A stretch of 64,000 nucleotides of DNA. Source: a virus (lineage: Duplodnaviria; Caudoviricetes). The stretch is taken from IMG/VR virus record IMGVR_UViG_3300050509_000415, positions 5,253 through 69,252 of that record. One strand, given 5' to 3'. The notes beneath the pieces are model-generated. The model was not told the origin of the DNA and searched no databases. It was given only the letters and a program-made list of their open reading frames with translations. Positions 18,906 through 26,827 of this stretch are shown here, one piece after another. The translations under genes were made by a program, and so were the position numbers. Positions within the stretch are counted from its first letter, which is position 1; every line of letters starts with the position of its first letter.

Positions 18906-19167
18906 GAGCGAACTGGCCTTTGCGGAGGAGTTGCGCGAATTGTTTCAAAACGAGCGATCGCGCCCGATTACCGTGAACGAAGCCGCAAACAGAATCCACG
19001 CGCGAGATGCGGCCGTTCGAGCCGAAGCCAAGAGAGGTCTGGTTGCGCGAATTCGCGAGCTGGCCCGGTGCGATGTCGGGTCCGAATACCAGGACAACAT
19101 GATTTTCTGGGTCGCGGACAGGCTCGAACGGGAAATCAAGGCCTTGGAGGGTGGGGGCGATGGGTGA
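18895..19167 (+). CDS. hypothetical protein
   Basis: Start revised to MSIESE at 18895 (GGAGGG RBS). Confidence 0.6.
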   Translation: MSIESELAFAEELRELFQNERSRPITVNEAANRIHARDAAVRAEAKRGLVARIRELARCDVGSEYQDNMIFWVADRLEREIKALEGGGDG

Positions 19168-19300
19168 GGTAGCCTTGTGTGTTGCGGCGGCCGTTCTTGG
19201 TCTCGGGATAGGCACGGTGGCTGGCCTGCTCCTGTGGCCGCTACCGAAGCGCACCCGGCGCTGGAAGCAGCGTTCGAGCCAAAACGGTCAAGAAAAATGA
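19160..19300 (+). CDS. small membrane protein (46 aa)
   Basis: MGEVALCVAAAVLGLGIGTVAGLLLWPLPKRTRRWKQ...*. Its stop overlaps ATG 19297. Confidence 0.5.
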   Translation: MGEVALCVAAAVLGLGIGTVAGLLLWPLPKRTRRWKQRSSQNGQEK

Positions 19301-20163
19301 CCCAAAAACCGCAGCGCCAGCTTCGTCTCTGGGGCGCCATCCCAGAGGGCCTCAAGGTCGTTTCCTACGGAGGTGGGGTCAACAGCGTGGCGGTGCTGCT
19401 ACGCCTCCACGAGCTCGGTGTGACACCGACAGCCATCGTCATGGCTGATCCAGGATCCGAGCATGCCGCGACTCACAGCTACCGCGACGCCGTCCTCCCA
19501 ACCTGGTTGGATAGCGTTGGATTCCCTCGGATAGAGGTCATCAATCGTATCGACGAAGGGCAGCACAATGCTCGGGCCTGGCGCCTCGAAACGCTGCACG
19601 ATGAATGCGTTAGGACGCGCTCGCTCCCGAGCATCGCTTACGGGTGGAAAAAGTGCTCCGCAAAATACAAGGGTGACACGCAGCGATGGTGGTCGGCGCG
19701 CCAAGACTTCGCCCAAGCCGAATGGGCCGCCGGCAGAAAGCTCGTGAAGGTTATCGGCTACGATGCGGGCGAGGAGCAGCGGGAGCGCGTCGCATTCGCG
19801 AATCCGTGGGAGCAAACCCGCTTTACCCCATGGTACCCGCTGATCGAAGCCGGTATCGACCGCGATGCCTGCGAGGAGATGATCGTCAAGGCCGGACTGC
19901 CGCTGCCTCCCAAGTCAGCTTGCACGTTCTGCCCCAATAACAAGCTGGAGGAATGGGAAGCTCTCCGACGAAGCGATCCGGCTGCGTTCGCGGAGGCTGT
20001 AGCCATGTCGCGCAACGCTGAGGTCAATAATCCGGAGGTGGTCGGCTTGATGCGCTGCAATCCGCACGGGAAGCGGCAGTTACACGTCTGGGCCGATGGC
20101 GGTTATGACGGAGATAAACTCGGTGGAAGCGAGGACTCGATGCCATGCGAGTGTGCGCTGTGA
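19297..20163 (+). CDS. PAPS-reductase / adenine-nucleotide alpha-hydrolase family protein
   Basis: PP-loop VVSYGGGVNS, IVMADPGSE, KKCSAKYK, IGYDAGE, YPLIE and KSACTFCP. Start revised to 19297. Confidence 0.85.
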   Translation: MTQKPQRQLRLWGAIPEGLKVVSYGGGVNSVAVLLRLHELGVTPTAIVMADPGSEHAATHSYRDAVLPTWLDSVGFPRIEVINRIDEGQHNARAWRLETLHDECVRTRSLPSIAYGWKKCSAKYKGDTQRWWSARQDFAQAEWAAGRKLVKVIGYDAGEEQRERVAFANPWEQTRFTPWYPLIEAGIDRDACEEMIVKAGLPLPPKSACTFCPNNKLEEWEALRRSDPAAFAEAVAMSRNAEVNNPEVVGLMRCNPHGKRQLHVWADGGYDGDKLGGSEDSMPCECAL

Positions 20164-20191
20164 CCTAGGGGAAGCGCCTCGGTGAAGTGAA

Positions 20192-20404
20192 GTGAAGTTG
20201 GGTCAAATGGATGAAGTTGAGCATAGGGACGGCATAGAGGGACCAGAACCCGTGCGGTACTGGGCGGAGCGTGTGGTCGGCTACGCGCCAAACATTGAGC
20301 CGTGCCGCGAGCTGCGTGAGATGCTGATCGCTAACCATCCGCACCTGTTCTACCTGATCGAGTCGTTGCGCCAAGCGCTGGAGCGCGAGCGTCATGCGAA
20401 GTGA
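20192..20404 (+). CDS. hypothetical protein
   Basis: 70 aa, overlapping the next start. The start codon is uncertain. Confidence 0.45.
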   Translation: MKLGQMDEVEHRDGIEGPEPVRYWAERVVGYAPNIEPCRELREMLIANHPHLFYLIESLRQALERERHAK

Positions 20405-20708
20405 AGTCGCTGTGGTCTTCTGCGACCCCTGCGGGCGTCGGCTTGATCGTAACGGGTACGGGTGGCGGTACACGATCGGCGGGCGCATCTGCCGATTCTG
20501 CCTTGGAGTGCGTTGGCTCTCGGATGCAGGCAAGGGCCCATTCGACTGTCCAGAATGCGGCGCCAGGGAGCCTAGCAAGTGCTCCTGCCTGGCGCCGCCC
20601 ATCGACGACCACTGCCCCCATTGCGGCGCTCCCGATGCATCCACCTGCTCGCCGCACTGTCCAACCCGCGGGCACGACCCGCTTAACCCGAATGATGAGC
20701 CGATCTGA
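20394..20708 (+). CDS. Cys-rich Zn-ribbon protein
   Basis: Multiple CxxC pairs (CDPC, CRFC, CPEC, CPHC). Confidence 0.6.
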   Translation: MRSEVAVVFCDPCGRRLDRNGYGWRYTIGGRICRFCLGVRWLSDAGKGPFDCPECGAREPSKCSCLAPPIDDHCPHCGAPDASTCSPHCPTRGHDPLNPNDEPI

Positions 20709-20718
20709 GTGACCCCCG

Positions 20719-21036
20719 GTGAGTGAGATGCAAGGGAACGACATATCCGAACCGAAACCCTACTGGGTGAGCTTCGAGTCATACCTTCGCGGGTTCGAGT
20801 ACCACGGGCCATGGTGGATATCCGGCGAGACCGAAGACGGCGCCAAGCTGGTCTGCGCGGCCGTGATGGCAACGGACGAAGAGGATGCGCGGCACACCAT
20901 CTACGCAAGCTTCGATGAGCCGCACTACGAAGGGCCGAACTGGTTCCGCTTCGTCGAGGTGCGACCCGCATCCTGGAACCCGTTTGGCGACCGGTTCCCA
21001 AAAGCCGACTGGATGAAGTGGCCATGGCCGACGTGA
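20719..21036 (+). CDS. conserved phage hypothetical protein (GPWWISG...CAAV.A)
   Basis: 105 aa, Trp-rich, familiar phage motif. Confidence 0.7.
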   Translation: MSEMQGNDISEPKPYWVSFESYLRGFEYHGPWWISGETEDGAKLVCAAVMATDEEDARHTIYASFDEPHYEGPNWFRFVEVRPASWNPFGDRFPKADWMKWPWPT

Positions 21037-21052
21037 GCAGGGGAGGTGAGGG

Positions 21053-21253
21053 ATGACAGACGCTGAATTGCTGGCCGAAATCAGGCGACAAGCCCACGGG
21101 TGCAAACATGCCGATTCGGCGTGTGGACTCATTTACTTCATCAACAACCACGATGGCGCTGGCCATTGGCGATCCTGGCGGTGTGAAAAGCACAACTACA
21201 GCGGCAGCGGAGCGAAGTTCGAGTGTCCCAAATGCTTGGAGGCGAAGTTATGA
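21053..21253 (+). CDS. small Zn-binding protein
   Basis: GGAGG RBS; C..H..C and CPKC. ATGA overlap with the next gene. Confidence 0.6.
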   Translation: MTDAELLAEIRRQAHGCKHADSACGLIYFINNHDGAGHWRSWRCEKHNYSGSGAKFECPKCLEAKL

Positions 21254-21513
21254 GAATCAACGTTTACAGCCAGGAGCTAACCGACGAGACCGAGCTCGTC
21301 GCCAAAAAGAGCAATACGGGGATCACGTACCACGCGGTCCGGATGCTGCTTCACTCGTCGCCGAAGCTGCACCATCCGCCGGCCGATGACGATCGCAGCG
21401 CCATCACGTTCTGGCTGCCAAAGTCCAAGGCTCGGCGTGAGGATTTGGCGACTACGCTCGAGGTGCTGGCGCAAATGGTCCGAGAAGCGCCGCCCGAAAC
21501 GGGGCTCGATTGA
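21250..21513 (+). CDS. conserved hypothetical protein (MRINVYSQELT...DDDRSAITFW)
   Basis: Start revised to 21250. Confidence 0.7.
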   Translation: MRINVYSQELTDETELVAKKSNTGITYHAVRMLLHSSPKLHHPPADDDRSAITFWLPKSKARREDLATTLEVLAQMVREAPPETGLD

Positions 21514-21541
21514 CCCCCGGCAGCCTGGGCGGAGGGAGCAA

Positions 21542-21961
21542 GTGAAGCACTGCGATTGCTGCCAGCGCGATGTGCCGGACAGCCAGTGGGACGGCATCTA
21601 TTCGGCCTGCGACGACTGCGCATGGTGCCACTCGTTCCAGTGCGAGCCTTGCTGCCATGGGGCGTGTCACCCACAGGGACAGCGCGTCCGCCCACCCGCA
21701 ACCGAAGGAGACGATGATGGCGACGACGTGATCGCCCGATGGCGCGAAGCTTCCGGTTGCTTGGGGTCGCGCAAGATTGACGTGCTGGAAGCGGGGGAGT
21801 CGCTCTGCGCCGAAGTCGAACGCCTACGCCGCAACGTCCGCGAGCTGCGCAGCGGTTGCAAGATTCTTCTCGGCTACGTCGGGGACAATCGAATGCGCGA
21901 CATTCTGGAATCGATGCTGGAGTTGAGTAGCTCCGCCCTCGAAGAAAGCGAGAAGGAATGA
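21542..21961 (+). CDS. Cys-rich plus coiled-coil hypothetical protein
   Basis: GTG start after GGAGGGAG. ATGA overlap with the next gene. Confidence 0.6.
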   Translation: MKHCDCCQRDVPDSQWDGIYSACDDCAWCHSFQCEPCCHGACHPQGQRVRPPATEGDDDGDDVIARWREASGCLGSRKIDVLEAGESLCAEVERLRRNVRELRSGCKILLGYVGDNRMRDILESMLELSSSALEESEKE

Positions 21962-22665
21962 CCGATGATAAGCCCGAGACGTCGAACTCGTTTCTGGCAG
22001 ACCATGAGCGGAGGCTCGCCAAGCTGGAAGAAACGGTGGCCGACCTTCGCCGCGGTCAGCACCCACACGCGGACTTTTTCGCCGGCATGCGAGAAGCGGC
22101 CGAGCCTACCCCGCCCCCGGCCGAGCCCGAGACTTTCGCCCAGCTCGGCGCTCGGGTATTCCACAAGCGACCGGTTGAGGCCGAGGGGGAGATGCAGCCG
22201 GCGGAGCTATTCGCAGTGGACATGGTCGATGCGGCGATGAACCCGTGCCGAGAAGGATCCTGCGAAGTGCTGGCGCGTCGATGGGAAATCGCCATCCGTG
22301 CCGACGAAAGGCGGAAGCTCAAGTCCCCGACTCCCGAAATGGTCATGGCCGACCGAGAGGTGATGCGGCGGTTTGATGAATTGCGCACCAAGCTCGAAGC
22401 CGCCGAGCGCGAACTCGAATCGGTTAAAGACGTGCTCATTGGCGCCGATGAAGACTTCGGACCGACGCCAGACACGACTCCTGCCGACGTGGTCAAACGC
22501 TTGCTGACCGAACGCGACTCCGCGCTCCGCGAACTCGAGAGGGCGCGGGCGCAGCTAGCCGCGGTCGAGGCGCTGCTCAAACGCTGGGAGCCGACACACG
22601 CGATCCGCTCGGACATCCCCGGACTGATGTACGCGCAGCTGCGTGATGTGCTCGAAAAGCCCTAA
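21958..22665 (+). CDS. coiled-coil hypothetical protein
   Basis: 235 aa, last gene of the plus-strand run. Confidence 0.7.
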   Translation: MTDDKPETSNSFLADHERRLAKLEETVADLRRGQHPHADFFAGMREAAEPTPPPAEPETFAQLGARVFHKRPVEAEGEMQPAELFAVDMVDAAMNPCREGSCEVLARRWEIAIRADERRKLKSPTPEMVMADREVMRRFDELRTKLEAAERELESVKDVLIGADEDFGPTPDTTPADVVKRLLTERDSALRELERARAQLAAVEALLKRWEPTHAIRSDIPGLMYAQLRDVLEKP

Positions 22666-22708
22666 CCCTTCCGCTCCGGCTTGGTCGGAGGCTCGCTCGC
22701 GGGGAAGC

Positions 22709-24166
22709 CTACATCCGATCCAACGAAGGCGTCGGAATAACCGCGTCGAGCGCCTCGTCATCGTCCGCCGGCTTAAGATGGACGAACCGGCAGTCCCCGA
22801 ATGGGAAACCCGGGGTGCTTTCGAACATGACCTGCATGGGCGCCCCGTCGTCACCGCGGATGCCGGCGCCGTAGCGGGCAAACGAGTCGACCCCGATTAC
22901 ACTGCCGTTTACGACGATCGTGGCGATTCCGGTGGGCATCGTGAACGGTGTATGGAAGTGGCCATATCCCAACACACGCACCGGTTTGGCAAATTCGCCG
23001 CTTGCGTTGATCCGATGGATGGTTTCTACCATCGGCTTGATATTGAGCGACTTGCCGACGTTTGAAATGCTCGGTCGGACGTCGCCATGGGAAAATAGGG
23101 CCAGCGCGTCCCCGCCGGGTAGTTCGACCACGCCTTCGCCCGTCTTCGGTATTTCGAAGGAAATGCCGGGCGTGTCTCGAAACGCCATTTTGATGGCGAG
23201 GTAGATCGAGCTCGAGTGGTTGTCCCATCGTTGGGATACTTGGCGTTCGCGGGTCGCCCGTTCGTGGTTACCTGGAAGCCCGATCACCCGGATATTGGCA
23301 AAATGTTGTTTCAGGTAGTCTAGAAACGCGACAAGGATCGCCGCCGCACCGTGTATCTGCTCCGTAAGCAGGGTTACACCGCGGTCGTCCAAGTGAATGC
23401 GACCGCAGATCATGTCGCCGTTGAAAACCACCAGCAGGTCGGTCTCGTCACGATGGTATGGTTTCCAATCGGAGATTTGAGTGGCGAAAAGGGCGAAGCG
23501 GCGGGCGGCGATAGTCCAATCGAACGCGCTACCGGGCACCTCCTTTGGGTCGACGATGAGGCCTAGGTGGGCGTCCGATACCATCGCGGTAAGAAGACGT
23601 CGACCGGGCGCCCCGGGTGGGATGTACCGGGTCGTCGAAAGCCGCACTGGCGACGTCGCAAACGCCTCCGTAATCGATTTCTGGACAACGTTGCCGAGAT
23701 AGTCCCTTTGGCCCAAAGCGCGCTCCAGACGCCGCGTGTAGGCGACGCGGGCGGCCAACCCTTCGCGGTCGGCCAGATTGGGCTTTACGGTCGGTTCGAA
23801 GGCGTCTTCGACGATCTTGGCGTAACCGCCGTAGCGGGTGAAATCGTCGGCGTTACAGGGCGTACACTTTGCGACTTGACTGGCCGTGAGGTCGTGTGCA
23901 TCTGTGTCGTTGAGTGCTGATGCCGTCTTCACGAAGCCTACGAGGTCCGACAGACCCGGCCCGGTCTGGACCAACGGCTGCGACATCAGGTAGTCGCTCG
24001 GCGGGCGCTCGCCGCGGGCAAGCAGGGCGTGTTTCAACGCAGACGAGGAAACTTGTCGTCCGAGCGTGCGCGATATCTCGACCGCGGCATCTAGAACCGA
24101 TGTGTGCCGCCGGAGAATATGTTTTGCGAGTTCGACTTGTTCGGAGCTCCAGCGCGATATGGCCAT
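22709..24166 (-). CDS. calcineurin-like metallophosphoesterase with N-terminal HTH
   Basis: SDAHLG, NGDMICG, PGNHE, SHGD and YGHFH in canonical order. Confidence 0.9.
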   Translation of the reverse strand: MAISRWSSEQVELAKHILRRHTSVLDAAVEISRTLGRQVSSSALKHALLARGERPPSDYLMSQPLVQTGPGLSDLVGFVKTASALNDTDAHDLTASQVAKCTPCNADDFTRYGGYAKIVEDAFEPTVKPNLADREGLAARVAYTRRLERALGQRDYLGNVVQKSITEAFATSPVRLSTTRYIPPGAPGRRLLTAMVSDAHLGLIVDPKEVPGSAFDWTIAARRFALFATQISDWKPYHRDETDLLVVFNGDMICGRIHLDDRGVTLLTEQIHGAAAILVAFLDYLKQHFANIRVIGLPGNHERATRERQVSQRWDNHSSSIYLAIKMAFRDTPGISFEIPKTGEGVVELPGGDALALFSHGDVRPSISNVGKSLNIKPMVETIHRINASGEFAKPVRVLGYGHFHTPFTMPTGIATIVVNGSVIGVDSFARYGAGIRGDDGAPMQVMFESTPGFPFGDCRFVHLKPADDDEALDAVIPTPSLDRM

Positions 24167-24223
24167 TAACGGCTATTATGGTGCGACACGCGGCATTTGT
24201 TCAGGGGAAGTACGAGGAGAGAC

Positions 24224-24885
24224 ATGCAGGACCTTAAAGAACTGTTGAAGAAGTGGCGGACGGCCCAGAAAGCCGGTGACTCTGGGCCGCTCGCAATTGC
24301 TCAGGAGATTATCGCAGTTGGCGAAACCTGGGTCCGTTACAAGGACCAGGCCGGCGGAGTGACCTTCTCTACGTGGTTACGCGAAAATGGCCTGCAGCCA
24401 CCGGGGTATTACCGGTCACGTGCGCCGAGCTCCGGAAACGGCTATTCCAAATGTTTTGTGCAATGCGGAAAAATGCCGGCAAGGGCCATCGAAGCTCGAA
24501 ATACTTGAAGATCTGGACTGATTACAAACATCGAATGATCCACTCGGCACGATACATTGCCGATACAAACAAACTCATCGAGTTCGGTTCTGATAAGACC
24601 CGGAGCGGCGCCAAGGGCGTGATCGATTCTACGGGTTGGCATAAGTCGGCTGACGTATTTTTGACCGACCTTTACATGGTCTGGCGCGCGCTCGAGGGCC
24701 TGCCCGTATGGTGTCCATATGTGGCCGAGAAGCTCGGGTACTGGCACGCCAGCGATATTCCGGCTTGGACTGGGGGGCGCACGATGTCCGTCGAAGAGGC
24801 TATGATCCTAGTCGGAGATGTTGGTGCGTACGAATCGGCCGTACCCCAACCCGAAGAGTTCAGTCTTTCCGCCGACTCTCTCTGA
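24224..24885 (+). pseudogene. hypothetical gene apparently split by a -1 frameshift near 24420 (or two overlapping genes)
   Basis: Strong RBS GAGGAG and ATG at 24224. Protein-like sequence switches frame at YYRSRA / AELRKRLF. Confidence 0.45.
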
Positions 24886-25192
24886 TCTCGCGCTCTAGGC
24901 CGGCGAAGCGCTGTTCGAATTCTGCTCGGCTTAGCATTGCAGTACGCATTTCGCGTAGCTCGACATGAATGAGTTGGATAGTTTCAAGCTTGCCGGTAAG
25001 TGCCGTAAGGGCGACATCGTGTGCCACGTCCTTCTTCTCAAGCGAATCCACCTTTTGGACGATGGTGTCAAAATCTTTATCTCGTCGCCGCTGAATATAA
25101 GCCAGCATCGGCAACAAAACTAGCGATATTACACCGCTAAGCAATCCGATTACGGCCGCGACAATCAAGCCGGTTGCTGTTGGTTCCATCAC
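24860..25192 (-). CDS. single-TM plus coiled-coil protein, holin- or spanin-like
   Basis: N-terminal TM (LIVAAVIGLLSGVISLVLLPMLAYI) and a coiled coil, immediately downstream of the endolysin. Confidence 0.55.
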   Translation of the reverse strand: MMEPTATGLIVAAVIGLLSGVISLVLLPMLAYIQRRRDKDFDTIVQKVDSLEKKDVAHDVALTALTGKLETIQLIHVELREMRTAMLSRAEFEQRFAGLEREIRESRRKD

Positions 25193-26091
25193 AGCCCTGC
25201 CGCATATCGGGACTTAGATCCGACCACACCGTCTGCTACGAGCCCGTGTGACGCCTGCCATGCCTGCGTCGCCTTCTTCGTCTTCTGTCCGTAAATCCCG
25301 TCGACCTTGAGTCCGGCGCCGTCTCGGTTAAGTACCGCCTGCCAGACCTTGACGTCATCGCCGTGGACACAGAACTTCAGCGACCGTACTTCGGGTTCCG
25401 TCACCCGGGTGACATCGGAACCGCCGTCGCCCCCCGGGGGAACTATATCGGGAATCATCGGAACGGTGGCAAGGTCCTGCTCTTCGGGGATGCCGAGTTC
25501 GTGTTCGCGGATTTTTAATAGGTCCAGGCGACCAATGATCTTGTTGTTCGCAATGCGCCAGTTTCCCTGGGCGTCCTTTGCAACCGTCTGAGACATATAT
25601 AGACGGCAGCTCGGTCCGGGTGGCTTTCCATTTACGGCATGGAACTGGCCATAATTCGCCGTATCACAGCTTACCGGGTTGCCGTTTGGGTCGTAGGAGA
25701 TCTCGGTTACTATCAGACTATGGGGTCCGAACCGGTTTAGAACCTGGACTCCGTCGCCAATACGGATGTCCCAACTACAACCCGGCCAGTAGCCGCGCCA
25801 GGCGTAGGCGGCGAATCTTTTTACACGGGTTAAGTTTTCACCTGGAAGCCAAGTATTTCCGCCGTCTTTACGGTTGGCCCAAGGACACTTCTGCTTCAGG
25901 TCGACACATTCGAGCGCCAGCCTAGACAAAAGATCTTCGCAGCAGGAGAGGTACTGACCGTGACCGTCTTTCATGGTCCATCGCCCTTCCGTTGTTAGGC
26001 GGCCGAACCCCTCGGGATCCTCGTAAATCGAAAACCCCGTGGTACCACCACATAGTTCAATTGCGCGACTAGAAAGGGTTCTTCGGTTCAC
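25189..26091 (-). CDS. endolysin-like protein with C-terminal peptidoglycan-binding domain
   Basis: PG_binding_1 pattern GDDVKVWQAVL...LKVDGIYGQKTKKATQAWQASHGLVADGVVG. The N-terminal domain is unassigned but has SCCEDL and GPHSLIV (possible Cys/His dyad). Confidence 0.75.
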   Translation of the reverse strand: MNRRTLSSRAIELCGGTTGFSIYEDPEGFGRLTTEGRWTMKDGHGQYLSCCEDLLSRLALECVDLKQKCPWANRKDGGNTWLPGENLTRVKRFAAYAWRGYWPGCSWDIRIGDGVQVLNRFGPHSLIVTEISYDPNGNPVSCDTANYGQFHAVNGKPPGPSCRLYMSQTVAKDAQGNWRIANNKIIGRLDLLKIREHELGIPEEQDLATVPMIPDIVPPGGDGGSDVTRVTEPEVRSLKFCVHGDDVKVWQAVLNRDGAGLKVDGIYGQKTKKATQAWQASHGLVADGVVGSKSRYAAGL

Positions 26092-26114
26092 CTACCAAGG
26101 GTATGCTACGGGGA

Positions 26115-26142
26115 TTGACAGAACAAACATAGGTCTTATCAA
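26115..26142 (+). promoter_or_regulatory. putative promoter TTGACA-N15-TTATC(AA) driving the array and RAMP-like gene
   Basis: Perfect -35 at 26115-26120 and TTATC at 26136-26140. The predicted start site (~26149) coincides with the start of the array. Confidence 0.7.
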
Positions 26143-26145
26143 AGT

Positions 26146-26245
26146 AGTTGTGCTGGGCATGGCCCTGCGGGGCGATGCAAGGTCTGGTTTGGCCGTGTAT
26201 GGCAAGGTCGGGCTTGGCGCGGCAAAGCAAGGAATGGCTCGGCTG
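26146..26245 (+). ncRNA. pentamer-periodic (GGY-NN)x20 array, candidate guide RNA
   Basis: 20 consecutive 5-nt units. Position 2 is G in 20/20, position 3 is pyrimidine in 19/20, position 1 is G in 14/20, and positions 4-5 vary freely. Confidence 0.8.
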
Positions 26246-26254
26246 AGGACCACG

Positions 26255-26827
26255 ATGAAAACAGTAAAAGTAGTGATCGAAGGTACATCCCCGTATTTAA
26301 TGCATAAATTTAGTGACGAAGCGGCGGCAGGGCGGACAACTCGCGCAACATTGGTTGAACAGAGGGTTCCTCGCGAAGAAGCCGAAAAGGTCGCTTATAG
26401 GGACCAAGACGGCGGGCTGTACTTCAACGGGTACTCAATCGCCAAAGCAATCGCTTCGGCCGGAGGGGCCCACAAACAACGCGGGTCTCGGAAAAGCCTG
26501 AAATATGTTGTCCCGGCCGCGGTTCGGATCGTAGATGACGCAGTAAAACTACGGAAACTAGACGGTCGAGTCCAGAAGGATTTTGAGGTCGATTCTAGAC
26601 CGGTTACAATCCCTGCTACCAAAGGTCGGGTGTTACGGCATAGGCCCAGGTTTGACGAATGGCGGGCGGAATTCGAACTCAAGATTTTCGAGAATCTTAT
26701 TGAACCAAAGACGGTTCATCAACTGCTCAACGAAGCTGGCGAGCAGGTTGGAATAGGAGATTTCCGACCTGAGAAATCTGGTCCATTTGGCTGTTTTCGC
26801 GTTGTCGAGTGGAAAGAGCTAGTATAA
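26255..26827 (+). CDS. RAMP/Cas7-like protein (190 aa), candidate effector of an RNA-guided system
   Basis: Start revised to MKTVKV (GAGGAC RBS). Motifs VKVVIEGTSPYLMH, GGLYFNGYSIAKAIASA, RPRFDEWRAEFELKI and the G-rich loop GEQVGIGDFRPEKSGPFGCFRV follow RAMP order. Confidence 0.7.
   Translation: MKTVKVVIEGTSPYLMHKFSDEAAAGRTTRATLVEQRVPREEAEKVAYRDQDGGLYFNGYSIAKAIASAGGAHKQRGSRKSLKYVVPAAVRIVDDAVKLRKLDGRVQKDFEVDSRPVTIPATKGRVLRHRPRFDEWRAEFELKIFENLIEPKTVHQLLNEAGEQVGIGDFRPEKSGPFGCFRVVEWKELV

Noticed and set aside
26146-26245. Calling the pentamer array a CRISPR array or simple microsatellite
   Set aside because: There are no 23-50-nt repeats with spacers, and the units are not identical: two positions vary freely while three are constrained.
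26039-26254. 72-aa N-terminal extension of the RAMP-like ORF in the ORF track
   Set aside because: It runs through the endolysin start, the promoter and the period-5 array. A good RBS (GAGGAC) precedes ATG 26255.
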